Below, piece by piece: positions 9,003 through 18,848 of a DNA stretch of 64,000 nt. The stretch comes from an uncultured Acidobacteriota bacterium (GTDB lineage: Bacteria; Acidobacteriota; UBA6911), in assembly GCA_963809485.1 (NCBI GenBank), contig CAWEJX010000008.1:64001-128000 (forward strand), in the 5' to 3' direction. Position numbers and translations under genes: made by a program. Under the pieces are notes generated by a model, which was not told the DNA's origin, did no database searches, and saw only the letters and a list, made by a program, of their open reading frames with translations. Every line of letters begins with the position of its first letter. The stretch's first letter is position 1.

Positions 9003-10727
9003 CTACTGTGAACGCTTCGGTTTTGCCGTCTGCCGGTTCGACCGATCGAGCATCTCCGCAGCGTAGCGCCGGGTCGCTTCCGTGACCGTTTCGCCGCCCA
9101 GCATTCTGGAAATCTCCCGAATCCGTTCGGGTTCGTTCAGAGCCCTTACGCCCGTTTCCGTCCTGCCGCCGGTCACCTCTTTGCTTACGCTGTAGTGGTT
9201 GCGGGCGAAGGCGGCAATCTGCGGCAGGTGCGTCACGCACAAAACCTGGTTTGCCTCCGAAATCTCCCGCAGGCGTTTCCCGACAGCCTCCGCAACCCGG
9301 CCGCCGATCCCCGTATCCACTTCATCAAAGACCAGCGTCTTGTCTCCCTCCTCATCTCCGCACAGGGACTTGATCGAAAGCATCAGACGGGACAGTTCCC
9401 CGCCCGATGCGATTTTGGCCAGAGGCCGTATCTCTTCGCCCTTGTTCGGAGCTATTAAAAACTCTACATGGTCGATGCCGTGGAGTCCATAGCCGGCCGG
9501 GAGGCGCCCTTTGGGCCCCTCTACTTTGATTTCACCAAAGCGTACCTGCATCTGCATGCGTTCCATGGCCAGCGCCGCAAATTCCTTGCGTATTTCGCGT
9601 TCCAGTCTTTCCGCATCCTGCCGGCGCTTGCGCGAAAGCCGGCCCGCGCACTCAAGGTACTTCGCCGATTCCTCCTCGAACTGGGCTGAAAGCCGGGCGG
9701 TCGAATCCGCGTGAGAGAGCAATTCCTCGAGTTCCTGCGAACACTGCCGGACATATTCCAGAATGTCTTTCACCGAAGCCCCATATTTTTTAGTCAGCTT
9801 TTCCAGCGCATAAAGCCGCTGATGCACCTGTTCCAGCCGCTCCGGGCTGAAATCGTTGCGGCCGGCATAATCCCTGGCGGCATAGGCAATGTCCTCGAGC
9901 CTGTAACGGCTCTCCCGCAGCGCTTCCCTGTGCGGAAGCCAGCTTTTGTCAAAATGCTCCAACGCTTCCAGCTGCCTTTCCAGTTGACTCAGCTGCCGGA
10001 GAACCGAGGACTCGTTCTCATAGAGAATGCCGTAAGATTCCGTTGCCAGCGCCAGGATCCTTTCGCGGTTCGAGAGGAGGGTTTTCTCGTTTTCCAGCGC
10101 TTCCTTTTCATCGGGCTGCGGATCCACCTTCCGGATTTCGTCGATCTGAAACTGCAAAACGTCGATGCGCCGGAAGCGTTCCTGCTCGTCGGTCTGCCTC
10201 GCATCCAGTTGCCCGGCGATGGCCCGGAGCTCCCGGCATCTTTCCTGGACTTCCGCGAGCAGATCGGCATTGCCCCCGAAATAATCCAGCCAGACGAGGT
10301 GTGTGGAAAGGTCGAGAAGGGATTTCTGGTCCTGCTGGCCGTGGATGTCACCCAGTTTTTCGCCCATCGCCTTCAGAAGCGACAGGCTTGCCAGGTGACT
10401 GTTGACGAAGATCCGGTTGCGGCCCGACGAGGAAATCTCGCGCCGTACCACCAGGGCATCCTCCTCCCCTTCGAATCCGGATTCGGCCAGCATCTGAAAC
10501 AACGATCCCCCGGGCCGGATCTCGAACAGTCCTTCAACGACCGCGGTATCGCAATCGGAGCGTATCATTTCCTGGGAAGATCTTGCACCCAGCAGCAACC
10601 CGAAAGCGTCCACCAGGATGGATTTGCCCGAGCCGGTTTCTCCGGTTAAAAGATTCAGTCCCTGATCAAACTCGATTTCCAGCTCCCGGATCAGAGCCAG
10701 GTTCCGGATTCTTAGCAGACGCAGCAT
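9003..10727 (-). CDS. recN: DNA repair protein RecN
   Basis: LTGETGSGKS, KIASGGELSR, FDEVDTGIGG, CVTHLPQIAA. Confidence 0.96.
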   Translation of the reverse strand: MLRLLRIRNLALIRELEIEFDQGLNLLTGETGSGKSILVDAFGLLLGARSSQEMIRSDCDTAVVEGLFEIRPGGSLFQMLAESGFEGEEDALVVRREISSSGRNRIFVNSHLASLSLLKAMGEKLGDIHGQQDQKSLLDLSTHLVWLDYFGGNADLLAEVQERCRELRAIAGQLDARQTDEQERFRRIDVLQFQIDEIRKVDPQPDEKEALENEKTLLSNRERILALATESYGILYENESSVLRQLSQLERQLEALEHFDKSWLPHREALRESRYRLEDIAYAARDYAGRNDFSPERLEQVHQRLYALEKLTKKYGASVKDILEYVRQCSQELEELLSHADSTARLSAQFEEESAKYLECAGRLSRKRRQDAERLEREIRKEFAALAMERMQMQVRFGEIKVEGPKGRLPAGYGLHGIDHVEFLIAPNKGEEIRPLAKIASGGELSRLMLSIKSLCGDEEGDKTLVFDEVDTGIGGRVAEAVGKRLREISEANQVLCVTHLPQIAAFARNHYSVSKEVTGGRTETGVRALNEPERIREISRMLGGETVTEATRRYAAEMLDRSNRQTAKPKRSQ

Positions 10728-10886
10728 TTGGGAGTCCCTGAAGAATGAATGCCGGTTTTGAGTCTAGCATAGGAAGTTGTGGGAGCAACAGGGGCAAAGG
10801 ACTCGGAGATCAGGACATTCAGGGGATGCAGAAAGAATTGTGTACGGGTTTTTTCCGCATTTATCCGTGGATCTGCGTTTAATCGT

Positions 10887-10915
10887 TTGACTTTGCCCAT
10901 GAGCTCTGGTATTTC
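10887..10915 (+). promoter_or_regulatory. Putative sigma70 promoter of the tol-pal operon
   Basis: TTGACT-N17-TATTTC with TG upstream of the -10, about 40 nt before tolQ. Confidence 0.35.
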
Positions 10916-10957
10916 GACTTTTCATGGTGACTATCTCACGGAGGAAATAAAAACAGA

Positions 10958-11680
10958 GTGCTGACACTTGTTATGCTTCAGGTCACACCCGCTGCTGCCG
11001 CAAGGGGTTCCCTAATCGGCCTGCTTGCGCAAACGGGCGGTTTTGCTTTGATCATCCTGCTTCTGCTGCTGCTGTTCTCGCTTTTTTCCTGGACCATCAT
11101 TTTCAGGAAGTGGCTGATGTTCCGCAACATCCGCCAGAAGAGCCGCGGGTTTGTCGAGCTGTTCCGGAAGAGCTCCCGCTTGAGCGAGGTCGGCTCCGCC
11201 TGTGAACTTTTTCGCGGCACTCCGCTGTCCGGTATTTTCACTGCCGGCTACCAGGAACTGAACGCTCAAATTCAAACGCTGAAATCCCCCAATCCGGGGC
11301 ACCCCGTGCTTGCGGAAAGGAATGTCATGGGCATTCAGCGCGCGCTCCAGCGGGCTTCGGCCGCCGAGCTGTCGGTGCTTGAAAAGAGCATGAGTTGGCT
11401 GGCTACAACCGGCGCCGTCACGCCCTTCATCGGGCTGCTGGGAACGGTTGTGGGAATTATCAATGCTTTTGAAGGGCTCGGCATGGAAAAAACGGCGTCC
11501 ATTCAAGCCGTAGCGCCGGGGATTGCGGAAGCGCTGATCGCGACCGCCGCGGGATTGTTCGCGGCCATTCCGGCCGTGATCGCCTACAACCAGTTCATAA
11601 GCAGCATCAAAAACATCGCGACCGAAATGGACGACTTTTCGTCGGAGTTTTTAAACCTGGTCGAACGGAGCTTCAGCTGA
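10958..11680 (+). CDS. tolQ: TolQ (MotA/TolQ/ExbB family)
   Basis: LATTGAVTPFIGLLGTVVGI, APGIAEALIATAAGLFAAIPAV. First gene of the tol-pal cluster; GGAGG RBS. Confidence 0.9.
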   Translation: MLTLVMLQVTPAAAARGSLIGLLAQTGGFALIILLLLLLFSLFSWTIIFRKWLMFRNIRQKSRGFVELFRKSSRLSEVGSACELFRGTPLSGIFTAGYQELNAQIQTLKSPNPGHPVLAERNVMGIQRALQRASAAELSVLEKSMSWLATTGAVTPFIGLLGTVVGIINAFEGLGMEKTASIQAVAPGIAEALIATAAGLFAAIPAVIAYNQFISSIKNIATEMDDFSSEFLNLVERSFS

Positions 11681-12105
11681 TGGCCTTCACGACACCGCAG
11701 GGCCGAACCTCCACTTCCCTTTCGGAAATCAACGTCACTCCTCTGGTGGACGTCATGCTGGTCCTCCTCGTCATCTTCATGGTGACGGCGCCGATGCTTC
11801 AAACCGGAATCGATGTGGAGCTGCCTGAAACCAGGAACGTGCAGGAGACGGATCCCGAGGAGCGGATCGTCATTTCCATCAGCCGCGAAGGTTTGATCTA
11901 CTACGGCTCGGACGCCATAAATTTTTCCACCATAGCGAGCCGCCTGAAAAAAGATGCCAGGACCCCCAAGGACTCCATTTTCCTGAGGGCGGACAAGGAT
12001 GTCAAATGGAGCTCGATGGTTTCGGTGATCGACGCCGTACGCGGGGCAGGCTTCGAGGAAATCAAGCTTGTAACAAAGCCTTTCAAGGAGCCGCGGAAAC
12101 CTTAG
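11680..12105 (+). CDS. tolR: TolR (ExbD/TolR family)
   Basis: SEINVTPLVDVMLVLLVIFMVTAP. TGATG overlap with tolQ. Confidence 0.9.
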   Translation: MAFTTPQGRTSTSLSEINVTPLVDVMLVLLVIFMVTAPMLQTGIDVELPETRNVQETDPEERIVISISREGLIYYGSDAINFSTIASRLKKDARTPKDSIFLRADKDVKWSSMVSVIDAVRGAGFEEIKLVTKPFKEPRKP

Positions 12106-12127
12106 AAAGGCGGCGAGTCGTACAACC

Positions 12128-12922
12128 ATGACTCCTGATACCAACCACGCGCCGCTTTTGAACATTCCATTGGTTCATGAAAAATCCGCCTTGCCGCTGC
12201 TGGCCTCTCTGGGAATCCACGGGTTCGCTCTGCTCCTGGTTTTTTGGGGAGGGTACATCCTTCCATCAACGGCTATTCAGATTGGGGGGCCCGGCGGAGG
12301 TCTGGGCGGCGACACTTATACCGTAGGCGTGGTCGACGAGCTTGCGGGGGGAGCGGGAATGGTGAAGCCCGCTGTGGTGCCCAAACCGCCGGCTCTTTTC
12401 GAGGAGGCTCCCGCCCCTAAAGCATCCAAGGCTGTTCCGATACCCCAGACGGTGGAGCCGAAGAAGAAGAAGGCCAGTGAGCGCGAGCTGAAAGAGGCCG
12501 CCAAACTCAAACAGTCGGCCTCGAATGTAATTCCGACAGCTCCGGAGCCCGGGGCCGGCGGGACCGGGGGGATCAGCGGAGGGAGCGGCGGGGGGCGCGG
12601 AGGCGGAACCGGTGTTTCCATTGGTACGGGATCCGGGGGATTCGGCGATTCGTGGTATGCGCGTGCGGTTGAAGCCCGCATCAGTTCGAACTGGATACGT
12701 CCTCCGCAGGGGATACAGGTCGACATGACATACAGCTTTTACATCCTGTCCGACGGCAGTATCGGCGGAATTAAAAAAGAAAAATCTTCCGGAAATCCGG
12801 AAATGGATTTGACGGCCGAACGTGCCATTCGCGCCTCGAATCCCCTGGCCCCGCCGCCTCCGGAGTTCCGCGGAAGGCCGATTCAGTTTGTCGCTCAGTT
12901 TGTCTATCCCCCGAAACCCTAG
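12128..12922 (+). CDS. TolA/TonB C-terminal domain protein
   Basis: N-terminal TM with SxxxH, Pro/Lys/Gly-rich linker, SSGNPEMDLTAERAI..P C-domain. Lies between tolR and tolB. Confidence 0.82.
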   Translation: MTPDTNHAPLLNIPLVHEKSALPLLASLGIHGFALLLVFWGGYILPSTAIQIGGPGGGLGGDTYTVGVVDELAGGAGMVKPAVVPKPPALFEEAPAPKASKAVPIPQTVEPKKKKASERELKEAAKLKQSASNVIPTAPEPGAGGTGGISGGSGGGRGGGTGVSIGTGSGGFGDSWYARAVEARISSNWIRPPQGIQVDMTYSFYILSDGSIGGIKKEKSSGNPEMDLTAERAIRASNPLAPPPPEFRGRPIQFVAQFVYPPKP

Positions 12923-13055
12923 CGTTTTTCAGGGGGACTGTTGCAGGACCGCGAAAGGCCGTCGAAAACACAGTCCCGCGGGCTTGTATTCGCCCGCGCC
13001 AGCAGACATTCTGTGAAACAGCCGGCATGCAGGCCCTTTCGGCCAAAGGAGCGTA

Positions 13056-14402
13056 ATGTATAAGAGGACGCTATTGCTACTGCTGATCCTGGGCAGCACC
13101 CTGCCCTCTATTCACACTCAGGATACGCCGCCCGTGATGATACGGCCGCGGCCCGCCGAGGAGATTATACTGGCAGTCGCCCCGGTGCAGCCGGCTTCTG
13201 CGGATAAAACCGGGGAGCTTGCCGAATCGCTCAAAATCTTCAATCAGGTGCTCTGGGACGATCTCTCGTTTTCGGGGTTTTTCGTTATGGCCGGGAAGAG
13301 CTTCTATCCTCCGCAGCCCATCATCAGGCCTGAGGATGTAAACTATGACGCATGGAGCACCCTTCCCTTCTCGGTGAGTTTCCTCACGGCAGGGACACTG
13401 GATCAATCCGGGGGAGTTCTGCGGGCGGAATTGCGCATCTTCGACATGAAGCAGCGCTCCATGAGCTTTGGACAGCGTATCGCGGGAGACGCCGAACAGA
13501 TACGCGTGATTGCGCACCGCTGGGCGGACGAGATCGTCTACAAGCTGACGGCAGGGGCTTCGCGGGGCATTGCCTCGACCAAAATCGCCTATTCCTCAAG
13601 AAGAGGAAATGCCAAAGAGATTTATGTTATGGACTATGACGGTTACGGCCAGCATGCCTTCACGCACAACAACTCCAACAACCTGTTCCCGAATTGGGCG
13701 CCGGACGGTTCGAAGCTGGCCTTCGTGAGCTACCGGACCGGGAAACCGGAGATCAATATTTATTCCTACCTGGACGGTTCCCGTCTGGCGTTCCCCATGT
13801 ACAACACTTTCGCCTCGACTCCTGCTGTTTCGCCGGACGGGACGCAGGTGGTGTTCTGCTTAAGAACGCCGCGCGGCGACGCGGATCTTTTCATCTCGAG
13901 GCTGGACGGTTCCGACCGCCGGAATATTTCCAACAACCCGGCCATCGACACATCCCCGACATGGTCGCCCTCGGGCCGGCAGATCGCCTTTACCTCCAGC
14001 CGGTCCGGAGGTGTCAACCAGATTTTCATTTGCGACACCGATGGCGCCAATGTCCGCGGAATCATCAAGGAAGGCGGGGATGCCGATTCGCCGTCCTGGT
14101 CGCCGGACGGCCGATGGATCGCATTCCATTGGAAGCCCCACCTGAGCAGCAGTTACAACCTGTTCATAGCCGAGGTCGCTTCCGGCAGGATCAATCAGCT
14201 GACAAGCAACGGCGGAAGCAATGAAAATCCCTCGTGGGCGCCCGATGGACGCCATATCGCGTTCCAATCGAACCGGAGCGGAAGCCCCCAGATTTATATT
14301 ATGCTGCTCGACGGCTCGGAGCTCCGCATGATAACCAGTCAGGGCAGCAACAGCAGTCCCGCCTGGGGCGGATATCCGCGCAGGGAAACCGGCGGCCGCT
14401 GA
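13056..14402 (+). CDS. tolB: Tol-Pal beta-propeller protein TolB
   Basis: Signal peptide, IAHRWADEI, repeated PD40 motifs (PxWSPDG). Confidence 0.92.
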   Translation: MYKRTLLLLLILGSTLPSIHTQDTPPVMIRPRPAEEIILAVAPVQPASADKTGELAESLKIFNQVLWDDLSFSGFFVMAGKSFYPPQPIIRPEDVNYDAWSTLPFSVSFLTAGTLDQSGGVLRAELRIFDMKQRSMSFGQRIAGDAEQIRVIAHRWADEIVYKLTAGASRGIASTKIAYSSRRGNAKEIYVMDYDGYGQHAFTHNNSNNLFPNWAPDGSKLAFVSYRTGKPEINIYSYLDGSRLAFPMYNTFASTPAVSPDGTQVVFCLRTPRGDADLFISRLDGSDRRNISNNPAIDTSPTWSPSGRQIAFTSSRSGGVNQIFICDTDGANVRGIIKEGGDADSPSWSPDGRWIAFHWKPHLSSSYNLFIAEVASGRINQLTSNGGSNENPSWAPDGRHIAFQSNRSGSPQIYIMLLDGSELRMITSQGSNSSPAWGGYPRRETGGR

Positions 14403-14557
14403 ACGTCAAAGCCCGCTGCGCTCCGGGAAGGAAAACTCGCGCGCCGGTGCGGGTGCATGACCGGCAGGCGAAGGACATGCTATACTTTTTAGATGGGGTA
14501 TCAGTAAGGAATAAGGGCCAAAACAATAACCAGAAAAATCACCAAGGAGATATGCCA

Positions 14558-15328
14558 ATGACACGATCGTCCTACACGGCCATGGCCTTAACCGGCCTCC
14601 TGCTGGCACTGGTTCTTTCGGGAACCGGCTGCGCAAAAAAGGTTGCTACGGCGCCCGCCGCAGCTCCGGCGACGGCAGAACCCTCGCCGGCGCCCGCGCC
14701 GCCTTCTTCCACACCGACAATTTCTCTCAGCGCGTCCCCATCGGCAATCGAGAGAGGTCAGTCGACAACACTCACGTGGAAATCCGAAAATGCGACGGGA
14801 GTGACCATCGATAGCGGGATAGGAACCGTGGAGGCGTCTGGAAGCCGGACTGTCAGCCCATCGGCCTCGGCAACCTACGTGGCGAGGGCTACGGGACCCG
14901 GCGGCAGTGCCGTGGCTGAGGCGCGCGTGACGGTCACTTCACCCGCGGCCGTAACCCCTCCCCCCCTGCCGGCGCTCAGTGACGCCGAGTTTTTTTCCAC
15001 CAACATTAAGGATGCCTTTTTTGACCTGGATTCTTACATCATCCGCTCAGACGCGCAGGATGCATTGCGCGAAAGCTCACGCGCTCTTCGCGAACGATCC
15101 GGCATTCGCATTACGGTTGAAGGCCATTGCGATGAGCGCGGGTCGGAAAAGTACAATCTGGCCCTGGGCGACATGCGCGCCAACGCCGCCAGGGAATTTC
15201 TCGTCGGACAGGGAGTCAACAGCAGCCGCGTCGACACCATCAGCTACGGCAAGGAAAGGCCTTTCTGTGAGGAACACAACGAGGACTGCTGGCAGCTGAA
15301 CCGGCGCGCGCACCTGGTCATGCGTTAG
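14558..15328 (+). CDS. pal: Peptidoglycan-associated lipoprotein Pal with inserted Ig-like domain
   Basis: Lipobox GTGC; OmpA-C motifs EGHCDERGSEKYNLALG, ISYGKERP, NRRA. AAGGAG RBS; start 14558 (or 14552). Confidence 0.9.
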   Translation: MTRSSYTAMALTGLLLALVLSGTGCAKKVATAPAAAPATAEPSPAPAPPSSTPTISLSASPSAIERGQSTTLTWKSENATGVTIDSGIGTVEASGSRTVSPSASATYVARATGPGGSAVAEARVTVTSPAAVTPPPLPALSDAEFFSTNIKDAFFDLDSYIIRSDAQDALRESSRALRERSGIRITVEGHCDERGSEKYNLALGDMRANAAREFLVGQGVNSSRVDTISYGKERPFCEEHNEDCWQLNRRAHLVMR

Positions 15329-15588
15329 CCCGCAATTTCCCTGGACTCGGCCGAAGGGCGCCGCAGACCGGCATGCATGCCGAGCGGGCATGATTCGCGG
15401 GGTGGCGTGCAGACCCGCCCGCTCTTCACGGCCCCGTCAGTCCGGGAGAATTGCTCCCGCAAACATGGCGGACCGGCGGCAGCGAAACAGATCTCCGGGA
15501 AGAGAGCGGTCGTGCATCCGTCAGGCCCTGCTGTTGTAGCTTTCCCGATGCTGTGAAACAATGCGGTTTTCGGTATAGGAGAAAATGC

Positions 15589-16431
15589 ATGAATCGAAAA
15601 ATTTGTTTCTGCCTCCTGATGGCATTTATGGCTGCGCTGCCCGCGGCCCAGGCGGGCACGAAAGAGGAGTTGATGAGGCTTCAGAGCGATGTTCTCGCGC
15701 TCCAGAACCAGATTCGTGAATTTGAAAAGACCTTTAACCTTCGAACCGACGGTATCAAGAGCCTCGTAGAGCAACTGAACGATCAGGTGGCAAAATCCAA
15801 TCTGATTCTGGGCAGGATTTCGACTACGCTCGAAACCCAGGCCGCAGGCACGCAATCGGCCGATCAGGCGCTTCTCCAGGAAATCAAGGCTCTCACGGCC
15901 AAGACCGACGATTCGAACACGCGCATCTCCGTCCTGGCACAACAGTTGGCCGAGCTCAAAGTTCAATCCAAAGCCATCAGCGCGCCGTTGCCGGTTGAAG
16001 CGCCCAGAACCGGGGATTCCGTTTACAACCAGGCTTTCACCGATCTTGTTCAGGGAAACTTTGACCTCGCCGTCCAGGGATTCACAACCTATCTGAACAG
16101 CTTTCCCGGGGGAGAAATGGCCGCCCCGGCACAGTACAACATCGGGGAGGCCTATTACAGCCAGAACCGGCTGCCGCAGGCCAGTGCCGCGTTTACGGAA
16201 GTGCTGAAAAACTATCCCGGCTCCGACAAAGAAGCCAGCGCGCTTTTCAAAAGGGCCAAAATCGCCCTGGCCATGCAGAAAACCCCCAATGCCATAGCAG
16301 ATTTCAAAGATGTTGTTGCCAGGTTCCCGGACAGTCCTGAATCCGGCCTGGCCAAATCGGAACTGCAGAAACTGGGCGTCAGCTTGACAAAGCCCGCGCC
16401 TGCAAAGGACACGCGCCGCAAAACACGCTGA
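15589..16431 (+). CDS. cpoB: Cell division coordinator CpoB/YbgF (coiled coil + TPR)
   Basis: Signal peptide, coiled coil, TPR AQYNIGEAYY. Follows pal; start ATG 15589 after AGGAG. Confidence 0.85.
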   Translation: MNRKICFCLLMAFMAALPAAQAGTKEELMRLQSDVLALQNQIREFEKTFNLRTDGIKSLVEQLNDQVAKSNLILGRISTTLETQAAGTQSADQALLQEIKALTAKTDDSNTRISVLAQQLAELKVQSKAISAPLPVEAPRTGDSVYNQAFTDLVQGNFDLAVQGFTTYLNSFPGGEMAAPAQYNIGEAYYSQNRLPQASAAFTEVLKNYPGSDKEASALFKRAKIALAMQKTPNAIADFKDVVARFPDSPESGLAKSELQKLGVSLTKPAPAKDTRRKTR

Positions 16432-16461
16432 ATCAGGCCATCCAAACGAGGAATAACCGCT

Positions 16462-16905
16462 ATGAGCTCACTCAACAAGATATTGCTTATCGGGCATCTG
16501 GGCAGAGATCCGGAAATCCGCTATACGCCCGAGGGAACGCCTGTGGCCAGTTTCAGCTTGGCTACCAGCGATAACTGGACCGACAAGAGCGGCAGCCGGC
16601 AGGAGCGTACCGAATGGCACAACATTGTGGTCTGGAACCGCCAGGCCGATCTGTGCAAACGCTTTCTTGCCAAAGGACGCCAGGTCTACGTCGAAGGCAA
16701 ATTGCGAACCAGGGAATGGACTGACCGGGACGGGAACAAGCGCCACAGCACAGAAGTGATCGCCTCGCAGATAGTTTTTCTGGGCAGCCGGCCCCAAGGC
16801 GCGGACGCGGGCGTTCAGCCCATGGAAACGTCCAGCCATTCGACGGCCGAGCCCGATCAGGCCTTTGGTGACGCCGGTATTACGGACAGCGACATTCCCT
16901 TCTAA
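16462..16905 (+). CDS. ssb: Single-stranded DNA-binding protein
   Basis: [27 protein letters not shown]-terminal DIPF. Confidence 0.96.
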   Translation: MSSLNKILLIGHLGRDPEIRYTPEGTPVASFSLATSDNWTDKSGSRQERTEWHNIVVWNRQADLCKRFLAKGRQVYVEGKLRTREWTDRDGNKRHSTEVIASQIVFLGSRPQGADAGVQPMETSSHSTAEPDQAFGDAGITDSDIPF

Positions 16906-16957
16906 AGCGTCCTGCGCAGAACCGCTGACATGCAGCGACTGACATGGGGAGAAACCT

Positions 16958-18010
16958 GTGACAACGGAACCTCAAAAACGAAGGCTGACGGAATCCAGCA
17001 GCGCGGCCGGTTGAGCCAGCAAAATGAGTCCGGCGGCGCTGGACAGGATTTTATCTAAGCTTCCGCGGCAGGAAGATCCCCGTCTGCTCGTGGGCTTCAG
17101 CAACAAAGATGATGCGGGTGTCTTTCTGCTCGAGGACGGTTTGGCGCTGGTTCAGACGACCGACTTTTTCACCCCGATCGTCGATGATCCTTACCAGTAC
17201 GGCCAGATAGCGGCGGCAAATTCCCTGTCGGACATTTACGCGATGAACGGGCGGCCGTTGACCGCGCTCTCCATCGTGTGTTACCCGGAGGACGGGGATC
17301 TGGATGCGCTGCAGCAGATTCTGGTCGGCGGCCTGGAAAAGATGATCGAGGCCAACTGCGTTGTGGTGGGCGGCCATATGGTGCGCGACCGGGAGATAAA
17401 ATTCGGCTATGCCGTTACGGGAACTGCGGCCCCGAACCGTGTATGGACAAACGCCGGAGCCGTGCCCGGAGACCAGCTGATATTGACCAAGCCGCTCGGC
17501 ACGGGCCTCATCGCCACGGCCCTTCGAGCCGCCAAAGCAGAACCCGCCTGGATCGATGCCGCGGTGCGCGTCATGAGCCGGCTTAACAGCGATGCGGCCG
17601 TCGCCCTGAACACTTTATCCGAAGCCGTTCATTCGGTGACGGATATCACGGGATTCGGTTTCCTCGGACATGCATGGGAGGTGGCGACGGCCAGCGGAGT
17701 CAGCCTGCGTCTGCAAAGCCGGAATATTCAGGCTTTGGAGGGCGCCCTGGAATGCGCCCGCAACGGCTTCATCGCGGGCGGCCTCAAAAAAAACCGGGAG
17801 TTCGTCGGAAGCTGCGCCGAATTCGCTGCCGGCGTCGGGCCGGATTTGCAGTGTCTTCTCTTTGATCCGCAAACCTCCGGAGGATTGCTCGCCTCGGTCG
17901 ATCCGGGATTTGCGGAAAAAGCCTGTACGCTTCTTGCGGCGGCAGGCTGCCCCGCCATGCGGGTTGGCGAGGTTATTCATAAAGCCTCCCCGCCGATCAG
18001 GATTATATAG
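16958..18010 (+). CDS. selD: Selenide, water dikinase, selenocysteine-containing
   Basis: GTG 16958 after GGGGAG reads MTTEPQKRRLTESSSAAG-UGA(17012-17014)-ASKMSP, in frame with DDAGV, TTDFFTPIVDDP, TDITGFG, DPQTSGGLL. Confidence 0.92.
17021..17052 (+). promoter_or_regulatory. Bacterial SECIS-like hairpin 3' of the Sec codon
   Basis: AAAAT-GA-GTCCGGC-GGC-GCTGGAC-AGG-ATTTT forms lower and upper stems with a G-containing apical loop about 20 nt after the UGA. Confidence 0.6.
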
Positions 18011-18047
18011 AAGGCTCCGATAGGCCGATTCCCAACATGAGCGGCGG

Positions 18048-18773
18048 TCAAAAGCGGTATTTGGCCTTTTTTACTTCCTGCCGAAAATCCACCCCGTGAA
18101 TTTCAATCTCCCGGCACATCTCGTAAAGCCGGGAGCGCAACCGTATTCCTATTCTGTCGGTCAAGGTTTCCTCTCCCGATTTTGCCGGCGCATCGAGATA
18201 GTTGGAGGTAAACAGGGTGACTTTCTTGTCGTTGTAGCGGTAGTTGATGATATGCGCGATGGTGTCGCGCACCCATTCCGTCGGCTTGTTGGCGCCCAGC
18301 TCGTCCAGAACGAGGATTCTGGCTTCCAGAACGGGCCGCAGAACATCCAGTTCGGAGGTCTGGGACACAGAGTTCCAGCTCGCCTGGATCTCTCGCAGGA
18401 GATCGCGGAAGTCATAAAAAAGGCCCCCATCGCCTTTTTCGACAATGACCTGTTTCAGGAGTGCCACAGCCAGGTGAGTTTTTCCCACGCCGCAGGTGCC
18501 CAGGAAAAGGAGGCCGACATCGATTTGAGGATATTTCTCCAGGAAACGCTGCACGTAGATTTTTGCTTTCTTCTGGGACTCATCATTGGGTTTGTAGGAA
18601 TCGAGGTCGCAGTGTTCGTAACGCTTCGGGATCCGCGCTTGCGCAAGGAGCCTCCCGACCCGCGCGCCCTCGATGCAGCTGCACCGGCGAACCTTCCCTG
18701 CACTTTCATCCGGTTCCCATCCGGAGCCGCTGCAGCGGGGGCAGACCTGGGATTCTGAAATCGGCGTATTCAT
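18048..18773 (-). CDS. DnaC/IstB-like AAA+ ATPase with N-terminal Cys cluster
   Basis: CPRCSGSGW...CSC, Walker [29 protein letters not shown]. Confidence 0.85.
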   Translation of the reverse strand: MNTPISESQVCPRCSGSGWEPDESAGKVRRCSCIEGARVGRLLAQARIPKRYEHCDLDSYKPNDESQKKAKIYVQRFLEKYPQIDVGLLFLGTCGVGKTHLAVALLKQVIVEKGDGGLFYDFRDLLREIQASWNSVSQTSELDVLRPVLEARILVLDELGANKPTEWVRDTIAHIINYRYNDKKVTLFTSNYLDAPAKSGEETLTDRIGIRLRSRLYEMCREIEIHGVDFRQEVKKAKYRF

Positions 18774-18848
18774 GGAGCGTTCAGCCTAGCATAAGTGTAT
18801 GAATTGTTGGCCGGCTTTTCTCCGCAATGCCGGGAGCATGCCGGTGGA

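Noticed and set aside
13011-15560. CTGTGAAACA repeated upstream of tolB (13011) and cpoB (15551)
   Set aside because: Only two 10-bp matches, at different distances from the starts and with no shared second element. Too weak to call a site.
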